64,000 nucleotides of DNA from Eutreptiella sp. 'Long Island Sound 2002' (Eukaryota > Protista > Euglenida). Positions 34,991 through 48,242 of the stretch are shown piece after piece; position 1 is the first letter of the stretch; each line of letters opens with the position of its first letter. The position numbers and the translations under genes are program-made. A model generated the notes under the pieces. It made no database searches. It saw only the letters and a program-made list of their open reading frames with translations, and was not told the DNA's origin. The stretch lies in NCBI GenBank assembly GCA_964036045.1, contig OZ038379.1, positions 49,352,001 through 49,416,000 on the forward strand, read 5' to 3'.

Positions 34991-36685
34991 AATTCCCTCC
35001 TGCAGATGCAATGCATCAGTGCCATGAATTTGTTGTGAACCACGTCGTGTGGTACGTTAGCGGCAGCTGCACTTGGGAAGAAGCACTCCGGCGTTTGTGG
35101 GGTCAAGGGCATGTGCATCGTGATGACGTGCGCCGTCTCTTGGAGCTGCCGAATGCAGATGCCGTTCCGCAGTGGCAAATCGAAGACGTCTTGCGTGCGA
35201 CGCAAGGCGGCCCAAGTGGCCTTACTGTACGCCACCGGATCTTGCGGCACGTGCCTAATGTAGCACCACCACCCCCAAGTGCCCCCCGGCGTAGCAGTGT
35301 GGTGGAAGCACGGCATGAGTTGCGTTTGTCAAATCGCCTGATGCAACAGTTGCGTGCCTTAGTCCCAGACCTCCCTTGGACTACGGGTAATCTGCACATG
35401 GAGGAGGCAATCCAGATCCCCAGTGTAGACCGCCGATCAAACAACGAGTCCTTGCTCCTAAAAGATTGCGGCTCTCTACTTAGACACCAAGGCCCAAGGC
35501 TTGTCCGCAACACCCCCCCCCCCCCTGTAGAAGCTACCCTGCAGGTTGTATTGTTTTCTGATCGCTATGACCCCCGCGGCAGAAGCAACTACAATGTTAA
35601 GGTTGCCATCCTCGATTTGGCAGGTCAACTTTTTGATCTTGTTGAGGGAGTGCCTTTTGCCACCTCCCTCCTAACATGGCATGAACTCCCCCGTGCTGAC
35701 TGGGCGGCTTGGGCCGTGAATGGGCGCGTCCAGGAGATAAAAAAATTGCAGGCCACAACGTTCAGGCTTCCCGTTGTTGTCGCCAGGCGCGCGCCACGTT
35801 GGTCAGTTCAGGCTACAGTTGCACTTCCTCATGGCCGACCATCACCTTATGTGGTTTGAGCTGCAGAATGGACAGGGTTGTTGCTCATGCCAATGGGATA
35901 GAAAGAACCATCTTGCCAACCTTTTCACTACGGTGCCACTTCATTTAGACAGCTACTCCGTCCGTCTGGCTGGGCTGTCGAACTTAGCCAAGGTACAGGC
36001 AGTGCAGCCTGTACTACATAACATTAAAGGCTTTGGCAGCCAAATAGTAGGGCCTGTGGGACGCACACTGCCCACTATCGAGTCGTGCACGTTTCTGGTG
36101 CTTGTGGTAGCTGTTGCTCGCCGCTATGAGCTAAAAATGGATCCACACACAAAACAGTGCCAATCCAAGACGCGCAGCCGCTTCCGTTCAGGGTTGTCAC
36201 TCACGGGGCGAAAGGTGCGCACATTGTTCCCAATGGTTGTGCAAACAGGCAAATTGCCCTCCCCCCTCCATTAGTTGTTTCTGAGCTTCTGTCATATCGT
36301 ATTCCTGTTGTATGGGACCAAGCACATGCCACCATGTGTATGGTCCACACGGGGTAAAGTGCGTGTGTATTTAACCCCCCTCATCACTGAGATGTGTGAG
36401 GGGGGTAGCACATGCACCTTGTACGCACATGGGATGACGCACTTTTTTAATTACCCATGTCTTCCTGTGCACGTTCAAGACGAGGGGGGGGAAGCATGGC
36501 TCGCAGTGGCCAAGCGCCTTGCCGAGGTCACCAGCACGGAGAATTGCGAAAGTATCCGGGAGACCCTGCAGCATGAACATTACGTGCAGTTCCTAAAAAG
36601 GGTAAAAAAAAAGAAATCGTGTGGAGCACTGGCACCCCGAGGTGCGGCCGATTTTGCTGCAGCCTTGTACTGTTCTTGCCACTGA
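34972..36685 (+). pseudogene. Second DDE transposase-like gene (CMC/Transib-like), frameshifted
   Basis: VVLFSDRY (D), HFLMADHH..GCCSC (D + Cys), PVLHNIKG (LH) and LYAHGMTH...DEGGEAW (Y.H..H..E) occur in the expected order and spacing across three ORF pieces. Confidence 0.5.
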
Positions 36686-37244
36686 GTGTTGGCGTGACAT
36701 GCTAGTGCGCATTGTCCAATGTGGTGTTGCAACTGGTGGCTGTTTCTGCGCAATGGACGTGGCCACAAACTCTGTCAAACTAGGGTTCCCTGGCTCAACG
36801 CAGCCAAGTGTTGATGTCTATTGCATCTGCCGCCTGTGCAGCACCCCGTTGCCCCGGGTGCGCCACTGGATCCCTATTAACTGGGATGTGGTTGTTTCCT
36901 GGGCGGTTCTAAGTTTAGGCAGTCGTCGCACCTTCAGCTCCTGTAAAGACCGACGACACAAGAAAAAGCAGCCGCGCCTTGCCGTGGTCGAGGCTGCGGG
37001 TAGCGATTTTGCCCCTCTTGATACCTGCGAGGGCCTGCCAGCCCGACGAGTGATGCCGGTCCGCCAATGTCGGTTGGCCCAGCCAGTTGTGTTGGACCCT
37101 AGCGCTTCGGAGTTGGATGCACAGAGCTCCTCATCCGATAGTAGCGACAGCGAGAGTGAAAGTAATGGCAGTAGTGGCACTGAGAGTTCACAAAGCAGTT
37201 GTAGCAGCAGCACAGACAGCGACCCCCAAAAAGCGGAGCCATAG
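36621..37244 (+). CDS. Downstream ORF piece with PHD-start-like VYCICR and an acidic Ser-rich tract
   Basis: VDVYCICRLC...HW; SSSSDSSDSESESNGSSG. Confidence 0.3.
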   Translation: MEHWHPEVRPILLQPCTVLATECWRDMLVRIVQCGVATGGCFCAMDVATNSVKLGFPGSTQPSVDVYCICRLCSTPLPRVRHWIPINWDVVVSWAVLSLGSRRTFSSCKDRRHKKKQPRLAVVEAAGSDFAPLDTCEGLPARRVMPVRQCRLAQPVVLDPSASELDAQSSSSDSSDSESESNGSSGTESSQSSCSSSTDSDPQKAEP

Positions 37245-37700
37245 TCACCACCTGTGCCCAAGCCCAGCCAAAAATCTGTTACTGTTCCTGGCACACTGGG
37301 TGCCCCACGTCCACCACCCTGTCCCAAACCTAACCCAACGTCTGGCACTGTGGGTGCCACACCTGGGCCGCAGGCACCACCCTGTCCCTAGCCTGCCTCA
37401 ATGTCTGGCCCCATTTCTGGTGACCCCCCTGCCATTAGTTGCCACCGAATGGTGGATGTACTGTTGCCATCGACTGGCAAAAGCAGCTCTGCTGCACCAA
37501 TTGAACGACCCAATAAATTTCGGCGCAATGCTGATGCATCCAAGCCGAAGCCAAAGCCGAAGCCAAAGCCATGACCAGAATGGATCTATTTAGATTAAGT
37601 ACTATCCTGCCCAACCACTGTTCTGCTGCACCACTGTCCATTTTATGGGGGGGGGGGGGGGGCACTGTCCACTGTATGGGGGGAGGGGGGGGAACCCGGC

Positions 37701-37791
37701 GCTTCGTGAGTCAGTCCCGCGATCGGGGACTGTGATAGGCCACGCGTGGCCTTGGTAGCCGGGGCAGCTTCTTTTTGAGGAGTGGCGGAGC
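37701..37791 (+). ncRNA. Candidate structured RNA element, copy 2
   Basis: GCTTCG...CGGAGC outer stem; AGTCCC/GGGACT, GGCCA/TGGCC and GCTTCTT/GAGGAGT hairpins. Confidence 0.5.
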
Positions 37792-38595
37792 AATGTACAT
37801 AGTTGAAAATTTTTTGAAGTTTGGTGCTTACGTGCTCGTTTGCGTGTGTGCTTGCTAGGCCAGCGAGGAGACGTCTGAATGTCACAACGAATGGTCCACT
37901 TGGGGCCCACTTTGGACCTTCCATTTCTCTTTGAGGAGTGGCTGTCTGTCCAAAAGTTCTTGCATGGCATGCACAAAACTTTTTTGAAGTTTGGTGCTTG
38001 TGTGCTCGTTTGCGTGTGTGCTTGCTCGGCCACTCAAGGCCTACAGTTCCGTGTGTTCTACAAGAGCTCTGCAAAGTCCCGTACAATCATTCACACGGTG
38101 GTCCATGCTAAACAAAACAAACGCAGCGTGTATCACCGTATATATAGCATATATACAGTGTCCACTTCTCTTTGAGGAGTGGCTGAGCATTGTATGATAT
38201 GATGTGTACTTTGTTCGGCGTCGCGCGTTTTTGGCTTTGCGGTTTGTCCTCTGTGCCGTGGCATGCATGCGTCCCTCCGGACGTTCCACTCTGCATGTGT
38301 CCCTCTGGACCATGCCTTAATGGTATGTGTGTGGTGCGCGCGTAATGCAGTGCACCGTTTGGCTTAGTGCTTGTGTGCTTGTGTGCTTGTGTGCGCGTTT
38401 GATGTGGTATGGCATGGAAGTTTGTCTATCAAACGTGGCAAGTGGGCCAGTGGTCCCCACCTTGGGACGCAGCTCGCCAAGGCGCGCCCGCGCCTTGCCC
38501 ATGTCCTTCTGTGTCTTTGCAATTTGGTTGTCGAGGTCGGCTTTCTTTTGAGCGGTCAGCATCCGTGCTCTTGTCTTGTGCCTTTGTAAGCCGGT

Positions 38596-38687
38596 GCTCC
38601 ATGAGTTAGTCCCCCGGTTGGGGACTTGTGATTGGCCACGCGTGGCCATGGTAGCCGGGGCAGCTTCTCTTTGAGGAGTGGTGGAGC
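38596..38687 (+). ncRNA. Candidate structured RNA element, copy 3
   Basis: GCTCCA...TGGAGC outer stem (compensatory versus copy 1). Confidence 0.5.
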
Positions 38688-38859
38688 CATGTACATAGAT
38701 GGCATTCTTCACCAAGCGCGGGCGGGTTGAACAACCGCTTGGAAAAATACAGCATGGTTTTCCGGAGGGGGGTGCTTGTGCTATTGGTACATAGTTTGCT
38801 GGCAGGGGGACGATTGCATGTGCGCTTCCAAAAAGGTCGAGGGAGGGGGCACCACGGCG

Positions 38860-39170
38860 TGCTTGGAACATTTTCTTGGAAACAGGGACGGGGGAGTTGG
38901 TGCCACGGGGTGCCTGCGATATTGCTACCAACGTCTCGGGGAGCCCTGGGAAGGGAGCGCGCTTGGAATATTTGCTTGGAAAAAGGGACGGGGGAGTTGG
39001 TGCCACGGGGTGCCTGCGATATTGCTACCAACTTTTCGGGGAGCCCTGGGAAGGGGAGTGTGTTTGGAATATTTGCTTGGAAAAAGGGATGGGGGAGTTG
39101 GTGCCTCGTGGTGCCTGCGATATTGCTACCAACATTTCAAGAAGCTTTGGGAAGGGGAGAATGCTAGGAA
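38860..39170. repeat. ~100-bp tandem repeat (3 units)
   Basis: GGGGAGTTGGTGCC at 38891, 38991 and 39092. Confidence 0.9.
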
Positions 39171-40869
39171 CGCTTTCAAGGAGGTCACCGTGGCTGCACA
39201 TGTTGTGCGAGCGATGGCAAAAAGCTAAGAAGGCCGTGGAAAACCCCCTGCAAAATACAACCAGTGAAATGAAGCATTTTGGTCAGCAAAAGAACATTCC
39301 AAGGTCAGGGATTTTGCTAAATGTGCAGCTGAGACTGCAAGCAGGTTCGGCTACCTCAGGGGACAACATCATGACCATTGCAATTGGTATCAATTCAATT
39401 CGGATCCACAAATAAAATGGTCATGGTAAGCCGAAAAACATCAAACAACGGAGACATACGTTCACACATACATTCTTTGATCACACCATGTGACGCATTA
39501 CATTCAAACCATCAGGACAGGCTCTTCCATACGATCGTGCACCGGGGAGAGGGGGTGGGTGTATTCCGTACACTATGGTCTTCTCTGAATGATTCTCCAT
39601 ACTTCGTAGAGAAATAGCACAACGGAAAGCAAAGCATGGAAACATGGAAAGCACAGCAAGACAAAGCACAAAGAGCACAAGCGGTGTTCTATGTTCATCA
39701 CCAGATCTTTGTCCATATATCCCGGGAATAAACAACAAAGCATGAGCAGAGCAAAGTGCAGCAAATTGCAATGAGCCTTGAGGGCTAAGTAAGAGGGTCG
39801 GGTTGAAAAAATCACACAATGGGAAATCAAATTGAAATTCAACTACAAAGCCCCTTCTTAGATGTATGTTGTTTGCACATGACATTGAAAAACAAGGGTT
39901 TTCAAAATGCTTGCTGGCCATTGGTGAACATGGTGCGCATTTGGTTGGACATGATAGATTGATTGATGGTGGCAATAGCGCAGCGGATGTCCTTGTCCTC
40001 GGCCGCAAAGTTTTTTCCGTTTTCAACACCAATGGGCTCCTAAGAAAAAGGTCCCTGCAGCGGTCAACACAGAGACCCACGCATGACGGAGCATTGTGTT
40101 GTGCCGAACAATCCACAACCCACAATTCACATTGCATGAAACTTGGTGTGCACTACGGAGAGGCCTAGGCAGCACATATCAACTGTCATGCATCGTCATT
40201 GAAGGGGCTCGCAGTCAATAAAAGTCAATGGGTTGCGGAAGCAAACATGTCAGAACCCCTTCTCAGCTGCTGTCAGCATGTTCATCATTCATTGAACGGG
40301 TCTGTTGTCATAGGCGCCAAGGCCGAGACCGCAAACAATGAAAACACCTCAAGGGTGTTCTGCAAAAGCAAACTGTCAGCAAATTGTAATTGGACGCAGA
40401 GGCGAACATGTCAGAACCCCTTCTGAGCTGTTGTCATCATGTGCATCATTAAAGGGCTATATGGTCATAGCCGCCAAGGCCTAGACCACAAACGACCAAA
40501 ACACTCCAAGGGTGTTCTGCATAATCAAACTGAAGTTGTCACATACGCTGCTGTCAACAACAAATGTGAGATGCACGAAATTGCAATTGTTTTCCAAGGG
40601 GAGGGGGTCGTGTTTTCCGTGACCCCTTGTTTCGTTGGGGGGGGGGGGGGGGGGCTGCTTGAAAGCAGCTGATAGTGGGGGGAGGGATGGGTGGGTCATC
40701 AGGGGGAGGGGGGTTTTTTCTAGTGAAGAATTTTGAAGTGGACAACGGCTGGGGGGGGGGGGGGGGGTGATGCAGTGCATAATCAAGGGGTTTTGGGGAG
40801 GGGGGTTCATGGTTGGGTAATGGTGGTCCATAAAAGTCTGATGTCTGATGTGTGATAGCCGATAAGGTT

Positions 40870-41970
40870 GCTATACACAACCCTGATGTACTCCTCCGGT
40901 TTCAGGGGTGAGGGCGGAGTGTACAGAGTGATGTGGGGGGGTGCTTTATGTATTGTCAGTTTTTGGGCGGTTTTCAGGCGGTTTTCAGGCCCTACATTGA
41001 ACCAACAAAAGTTGTACGTCTTTTTTAAAGGGCAGGAAGCCAAGCCAACACATGGGAGGTGGGTGATCATGTGCGGTATTTGGGTGTATTGCTGGGTCAC
41101 ATCACGGCATCAGAGTCCTATGCACCGGCTATACAGAAAATGATGCTTCGCGTGCAATGTGTGGTCACACTGCCCATGACTTTAGCAGAGAAGTGTTTAA
41201 TTTAAAACTTTGGATTGCGCTTTGCTACCACTTGACAGCGTGCACCTATTTTCCAACACCGCACATGGTTTCACAGCTCAATATGCTACAGAGGGTGGCG
41301 TTGCGCCTCACCTGTTGGGGTTTGACAAGAGATATTTTGGCTGAGCCAGAGGCCATGGGAGGACTGGGGCAAGCAGTATAGGTACGTACGCACTGTGGGC
41401 ATACTCCAAGTCATTTGTAGAATACGTCGCCAAACCGACTTCAGTGGTGGTTACATTAAGTGAGGGCTTTGGGCGCTGGGTGCAAAGTCAGGGGTTGGTT
41501 TGCAATGAAGTGACACTACGTTGTATTCAATTCTCACCCAGCTCACCACACCCGCCGAGATTTCTGGCGGGTTCATTCAGAGCGCATAGTGAAGTGAAGA
41601 TGCGCCCCCCCCCCCCCTCACGCCCCCCAAGCTTCGGCTATATGCAATGGGCGTATGGCATGATGTGCTTTTTGAGGATGCACGGGGAGCCGCCAATGGA
41701 TGTACGTGGCACCTGCCACTGGGGCTGTTTGGTTTACTTGGAAATTATTGCTGCGAGTGACTTGAGTCGGCTAGTGCTTACCTTCCGTGCAGCGTACGCC
41801 AGCGGGCCGGATAGACTGAAGCGATCTTATGCGGGAATAGAACTGTGGGCAATGGAGGCCCCTTATGGGGACACTTGTGTTGAATACTGTCTCTTGAAAG
41901 TGCCCCAGCACTCTTGGCAACTCCGCAAACCAGGTGTAAAAATATTCCCCGGACATGCCGGGTGAGATGC
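40870..41970 (+). mobile_element. Decayed LINE ORF2 fragment (RT end and thumb region)
   Basis: FRRFSGPTLNQQK and ILAEPEAMGGLG resemble the LINE SGLxLNxxK and GGLG motifs seen in the other copies. Confidence 0.5.
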
Positions 41971-43959
41971 GCACTGGCCGGCGCCCTCTGCAGTGGGTAC
42001 CATCAAAATGGACTCCCGATGGAAGGTGTGCACCTCGTCTTCCCTTTTTCGGATCCAAGTGATGCGCATATATTCACAAGCACGCTGTTTAAGCAGCCAT
42101 TACATGGCGACCATCAACGAAAACAACTCTGCAACTCCTGATGCGACATTGGTTCTCGTGTGCCGAGCGTTGTTACGATTTCGACCATCATGCGGGATGG
42201 TCCTTGGATCTCTAGCCTGATCCACACTCGTTGGTTTCGACGCCACTGGATGGCGTCATGGGTGAAGTTGAGGAACCCCAGGGCCTCATCTTCAAACTCG
42301 TGCAGTTTTTAGAGTGCTTGCACTTTGAATCGTTGGCGTGTTCCTTGTGGTGTAGGCGGCCCTGGCGGTCTCGGCCGTCCAGGCTGTTGCCCTCTCCCAG
42401 GATCTCTGTGCCGTCCTCCCCGCATCATGACGCTGGGATGTGCTCCCATGATAGGACAAAAGCAAAAGTGGCTGTAACAATCCAAGAGCAATAGAAAAGA
42501 GTAGGCACCGCATTGTGTCTCAAAGGAGTGAGCTGTAGTGGGTGTGGTGGGAGCCTAGCTGGGAGTTCTAGCGAAGACCGTGGACTCTTCAGCTTAGCTC
42601 TCTTCTTCCTAGCCTTACAACTATCATTGGCATCAGTGCTGCAATCATTTGAGTCGCCAAAGAGGCATTGTTCTACCGAATCTTGCGGCGCAGGGTTCGT
42701 TAGGGCTAATGTGCGCAAGTACATTGGTTGGGACGTCGGCAACAAGGACTCCCAGAATTCCCAAAAGAAAGGCAAGTGTTGGACATCGGTTCCCGTCCCA
42801 ACGCCCTCCCGACCACCCATTTGCCATTGTTTGCATTTTGTCCTCTTTGCAACCCCATCATTGTGTGATAAGTCAGTGATGATCTCATTCATTGGAGTAC
42901 CCTGTGGGGCTTGCCGCCCATGTTGGGTTTGGGCTGTGCCACAAACCCGTGCAGGGACCTTTTTCTTAGGCCCTGTTTCGTGTGGGCAGAGCGTTTGAGA
43001 AATGCACCGTTTTGTGCACTGGAAACCGCCCATTGTGGATTCTTCGACACATGGATGCACAACACAGCATGCAGACGTTCAGCGTTTTTGCGCGCCGAGA
43101 AGGCCTAGGCCAGCGGCGTGCCATGCCACGAGCAAGTAGACAAGTCTTCTCTCCACTGTGGCCTTTGAGTGCCTTAGAGTGGCAGGCCCAAAATTACACG
43201 AGCACCCGCAGGGTGTTCCTAAGGGCTCCCCCACAGGGTATATCCGACCTTCATGTCCAAAAACAAGACATTTGAGAAGGGGCTCTGCTATGTGTCACAT
43301 TTGCTTCACAATTGAACATACTTTGTTGTAAGGTGCCTTGTGTGCTTTGCCTTCATTTTGACGTCATGTCCGTCTTCACGCTATGGAAAACAAATTGGAA
43401 AACACCCTCCTCCCCCTCCCCATTCTGCAACCACATCCAAGATCCTGCCCCCCCCCCCCCTTTGACAACAACATGGCGCATTTCTTCAGTGCTCCCGTGG
43501 TCCAACGTACCCCCATGCCAATCTTCCATGCTCTTCTATACTTGACAGTTTTTGTTTGCCCACTACAACCTCCGAGTTGTACTTTTTGCTGTGTGGCCCC
43601 AGCCTTAGCGTTGTAGTCCACTAAGCCGCTCTCCGACCGCTCTCTTCCATTGCTCTTCAATCGCTTTCTTCCACTTGTCGCAAACTTCCAAACCGTGGGT
43701 CCAAAAGTCACCCCCAAAAGGTCACGGTCAAGCCACCGTTGTGTAAACCCTTCCACAAGGTGGGCATCGGGCCCAGAGTCCAGGTTGTGCAATGTGGCAC
43801 TACTGGGCAACGGTATTAGCTGCCGTGGGAGCTGGAAGGATGGCTGTGGCGGATTGGCACATGGTTGTTGTGCTGGGGTTGACCGCTTTGTGGCGCACCC
43901 GAGGCAGCCGTTGCCCCGGCCCGGAAAGTGATGGACTGCTGTGGCTGAGCGGCACACGG

Positions 43960-44400
43960 TGGTTGTGACGAGGGTTGAGCACCGTGTGGCGCGCCCGAGT
44001 CGACGGGCGCCATGGCCGGGACATGGGCGGACTGTTGCGGCTTAGGGGCACGCATTGGATGTGCAGAAGGTTGAGCACCGTGTGGCGCGCCCCAGTGGAC
44101 GGGCGCCACGGCAGGGACATGGGCGGAACGCTGCGACTCAGGGGCACGCATTGGGTGTGCAGTGGGTTGAGCACCCTGTGGCGCGCCCGAGTCGACCGGC
44201 GCCCGGGCCGGGACATGGGCGGACTACTGCAGCTTAGGGGCACGCATTGGCTGTGCAGAGGGTTGAGCAACCTGTGGCCCGCCCGAGTCGACCAGCGCCA
44301 CAGCCGGGACATGGGCGGACTGCTCCGGCTGAAGGGCACGCAGTGGTTGTGGTTGTGCAGAGGGTTGTGGTTGGACCATAACGAAATCCACACCCCCGGG
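43960..44400. repeat. 96-bp tandem repeat (about 4.5 units)
   Basis: GTTGAGCA at 43974, 44070, 44166 and 44262. Confidence 0.9.
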
Positions 44401-44893
44401 TGGTGGCTAGGGCGTTGCCTGTGGCTTTGGCTTTGGCTTTGGCTTTGGACCACCATACTTGTTTGTGGCCAAAGCATCAGAGGTGTACACTGTCTATGAG
44501 ATGGAGGCTGCCCAGGTGTGGGCAAAGAAGAACGGCACGGAACCGAAGCCGGTCTTTGAGGAACGGTACCGTAAAGATGACGGTGCTAGGAATGGCAATG
44601 TTCCCCAACAGCCACAATGGGCCTCCCAAATGGAGGTTTGGGGCAACTATGAGCTCAGTGATGGTGACATGGTGCATGGCTGGATCGCTGCCAACCGCAA
44701 CAGCGACGCCTCGAAACCAGACTTTGAGGCAAGGGTGCATGGTGATGGCATCTCACGAGACCGTGTTTGGATCAGTTGTGCTAATAAGCCACGTGCCAAT
44801 GTGACTAGCACATACATGTGTAAGGTTGTCCCTGACACAGCTGCCTTTCGCACCTTGCGTAAGGAGATTGAGCAAGTGTTCGCATGGCCCTAA

Positions 44894-46297
44894 ATGCTGG
44901 CAAACATACGGGCCGAACCAAGGGACGCGCCTTCCTTGTCGAACGAAGACCAGGAGATCCTTAAACACCTTGTCCAACGCCATGGGTTGAACCCCCCACA
45001 GGCGTTGGATGTGCGTCAGGTACCGGATGAGTCATGCATCACAACATTGACTGGAAGTGCTGGCGCAGAGAAGTCAAAGACCTTGGTCGCATGCAACAAA
45101 GCCGTGCTATGGCAGGCCCCCTTTTTGCTTAGAACCCCGATCATGCTACCCTTGGCACCATCAATACGGGTAAGAGGGTGGGGGGACCTGAGGGAGATAG
45201 CCCATCCCGCACATGTGTGCTGGTGATTGCACCCACCAATGCACAAGTCGACAACTTGTTGACACACGTGCATGAGGAGTGTTATGATGACGGTGTGTTT
45301 CGTAACAAGGTGCTTGGCGACCATCCAGCACCCTGGTTGTGACTCCGGGCCCAACGGGCTACTGCGACCAGGGCTGTTGTTCTTTGAACACATGAAGGTG
45401 CAGGAGACCTTGGGGAACACCCCAGGTTGTAAGGCTACCCTCACATGTGCCCTTAACTCCTGCCATGTGCTGTTTGCCATTGCTGGGATGGTTGCTAACC
45501 GGCACAAGCTGCTCCTTGGGGCTGCACCAGGGAAGCAACAAAGCAGGTTTGCGTTTAGCTTTGTGGATGAGGCGTCCAAGCACAACATCTCAGTGGGCTT
45601 GGACTTGGCAGCCATGGGCAGCCAATGTCTGTTTTGTGGTGCCCGTGGGCAGTTGCGGCCCTGCAGCCACGTCCAGCTTTTGGCGAGTGCTAATGAGCGT
45701 GAAAGTAAACGCCAAACATGTGGCGTGGCCATCGGACCGGACCTTCTTATACAACAGTGTTCACATGCAATCTGTTGGCCCGCATTTGCATTGGCATGCT
45801 TCGCATCGGTTTTGCACCACTAGCACCTTGCAATTCTTTTTGTACCGTACGCGCTGCCCGGCCAGTATAATGGTACAACAGTACGGGATGAACAAGCCTG
45901 TGGCTACAATCATGCGTGCCTTGTTCATAGGGGGGGCCTTGGTTACTACCACTCATCTAGGCACCCCCTCTCTAACCCGATCCTTAACAACGCCATCCGC
46001 ATTGTGGACCTCAATGGGACCACCTGGTGTGGGGAATTGGAGGAAACTTTGGGGCCTGACGACATGGGTACAATGCACAGTGATGTGCAGGATGCATGGA
46101 ACAACATGCAAATGGCTCCTGTGTTGCTTAGACGGGGGAACATGAGCATGCAGGAGGGACTGCTGGTCTGCCATTTTTTGGAGCTAGCCGTTAGGAGAGG
46201 CACCTACCTAGCGAGGTCGGTAGCGGCAGGAACGACACACTATTGCCAAATGGTGTGGCTCGACTATTGCGTGAGGTACGTTGGTAGCAGGTGGAAG
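44894..46297 (+). pseudogene. UPF1/SETX-like SF1 helicase, N-terminal motifs (degenerate)
   Basis: LNPPQ..V, GSAGAEKSKTL (degenerate Walker A, ~45053), VLVIAPTNAQVDNLL (Ia, ~45220), FVDEAS (~45560), GARGQLRP and QQYGMNKPV. Confidence 0.8.
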
Positions 46298-46613
46298 GCC
46301 ACGCGCCAATCATTTTGGGGGTCTAGACCCCCTAAATAATTGGCGCTTAGGCACGTGCCAATTATTTTGGTGGTGTAAACCCCCCCAGGAATGGGTGTGT
46401 GGGCATGCGCCAATTATTTTGGTGGTCTAGACTCCCTAAATAATTGGCGCGTAGGCACGCGCCAATTATATTGTGGGTCTAGACCCCCCTAGGAATTGGC
46501 GTGAACCTATGCGCCAATTATTTTGGGGGTCTAGATCTACTAAATAATTGGCGCATACGCACGGGCCAATTATTTTTGGGGTGTAGACCCCCCTAGGAAT
46601 TGGCGCATAAGCA
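46298..46613. repeat. 52-bp palindrome-rich tandem repeat (GGGTCTAGACCC / AATTGGCGCG-TAGGCA-CGCGCCAATT), about 6 units
   Basis: GTCTAGAC-like core recurs roughly every 52 bp from 46321. Confidence 0.9.
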
Positions 46614-47831
46614 GATGGAGAAGATACCTATAGGCAAAATAGGCACTTCCTGACTCGTTGCTATTCACCGCTACTCCTTCGCAGCCGTATGGCGTGAGAC
46701 ATGAAGGCAACAAACAACATACACCTACACCTACACCTACGAGCTCCCAGACTGCTGCAGTTTGGGACTGAGCTTTTCACCCTCCTCCTCTAGCCACCTT
46801 TCCTCCACATTTTCTACAGCCTCTTGAGTCTTTCCTGCATCTTGGGGCAGCCTTTTACGTGGCTTGGCCATGTAGAAGTGCATCTTGCGGTCGCCAAATC
46901 CATTGCGTTCGAAGAATTGTAGTGTAGCCATGGGCACGTGCTGTTTTGATTCACGTGATGTCTCCGATACGTGACGTGGTTACCCACTTGCCACACACTC
47001 GTACCCTGCCACCCATCGTATCCCATCGCACACAAGGGTACTTAAGGCACAGAAAAGCAAAGATGGTGGTGATCACATGACTCCGGTCACATGTGTGTAC
47101 GCTTTCCAACTGGTGCAGTGAGTGGTAGTGTTGTGACGTGATGGTGCGAGACCCTAGGTCAATGCATGTTCTTGTACAGACAGGGTTAGGCAACATGCAG
47201 GCCTGGCGCCATGGCCAGGACTGCATGGAAATCATGCTGCCTCAAAGGGTCAGCGTAGTGGCGCCTTAAAATGTAATCCTTCACCCCGTGGGGCAGCTTG
47301 TGCCACCCACATTGGACGGCTTCCTTCGCATGCACCTGCACTGGTACACACACCCCAAGGGTCCCGCTGCAGCAGTCAACCCCATGGAGGAGGGATGCCA
47401 CGTACACCCCAAGAGGGGTGCAGAAGTCCCCCTTCAAGAACCGCACCGAATCCAAGCAGCTGTACGCGTCCTGCCACAAGGGCAGGTCTATCGTGCGGTA
47501 CAACCCTACTGAGTTGGTACTTTTGCTTTTTGAAGAGGGGTTTTCCCGCCAGGTGTTGGAGGAGTCTGTGCTCCCATGGTTGGAGGTTGGTTGTGTGGGT
47601 TACCCTTACCAGTCCCCCCAGTCCCCCACCCACTGTCCATCGTCCTGAACAAGAACATAGGGCAGCGCCCACTCGGTGACGTCAAGGAGGATGACCCCCA
47701 AAAGCTGGGGTTTCACAATGTTCCCCAGCGAATCTTTCACATGCACTGCAACATCATCCTTCCGAGTTTTGGCCATGATGCGCTCAAATTCCAGCAACTG
47801 GTCAACACAGGCAGGTGAATATCCCGATGGG

Positions 47832-48242
47832 TCACGTGCCCTCTTGTGCTTCTTCCATGGCTTCCACAGCCAGAGCCCCCCCCCCTCCCCCCCTGCCAGC
47901 CAACCGGTAGATTGTGCCCTCCATGACCTTGTCAGTGACTGCAGCCTCCCTCAAAACCCCTACCGGCTCAAGGGTTTCGCTCACAGTGGCTGAGCCTGCT
48001 TCCCACTGCACAACGTGCAATGCAGCCATCCATACACCAGGGGTGCAGTGGGTCTTCCACTGTGTGAATCGCACGAAGAGGTGCAGCTCAGATTGTGCCG
48101 TGCTTGTCCGGCTGTTTGACCTCCACATGTCATGCATGATCCCTGGTGTGGCAGACACCACGAAGGCCAAGATGACTGGGGCTTGCAGACCTTGGAACCG
48201 ATTGAGGGTAGCAACCGTTTTCAAATGGTTGGCTGGGTTGTG
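47832..48242 (-). pseudogene. C-terminal exon of the UPF1-like helicase, on the opposite strand
   Basis: TVATLNRFQGLQAPVIL...DMWRSNSRTSTAQSELHLF corresponds to motifs V/VI (TVDxFQGxE, RxNVaxTRA). Confidence 0.75.

Noticed and set aside
37701-37791. HDV-like ribozyme fold for the 92-nt element
   Set aside because: A P4-like hairpin and terminal stem are present, but there is no P1 partner and J4/2 is too short for the catalytic C-N-A-A.
46700-47800. Possible additional enzyme domain downstream of the helicase exon (RHYAD..HDFH)
   Set aside because: Fragmented frames; motif too short to assign.
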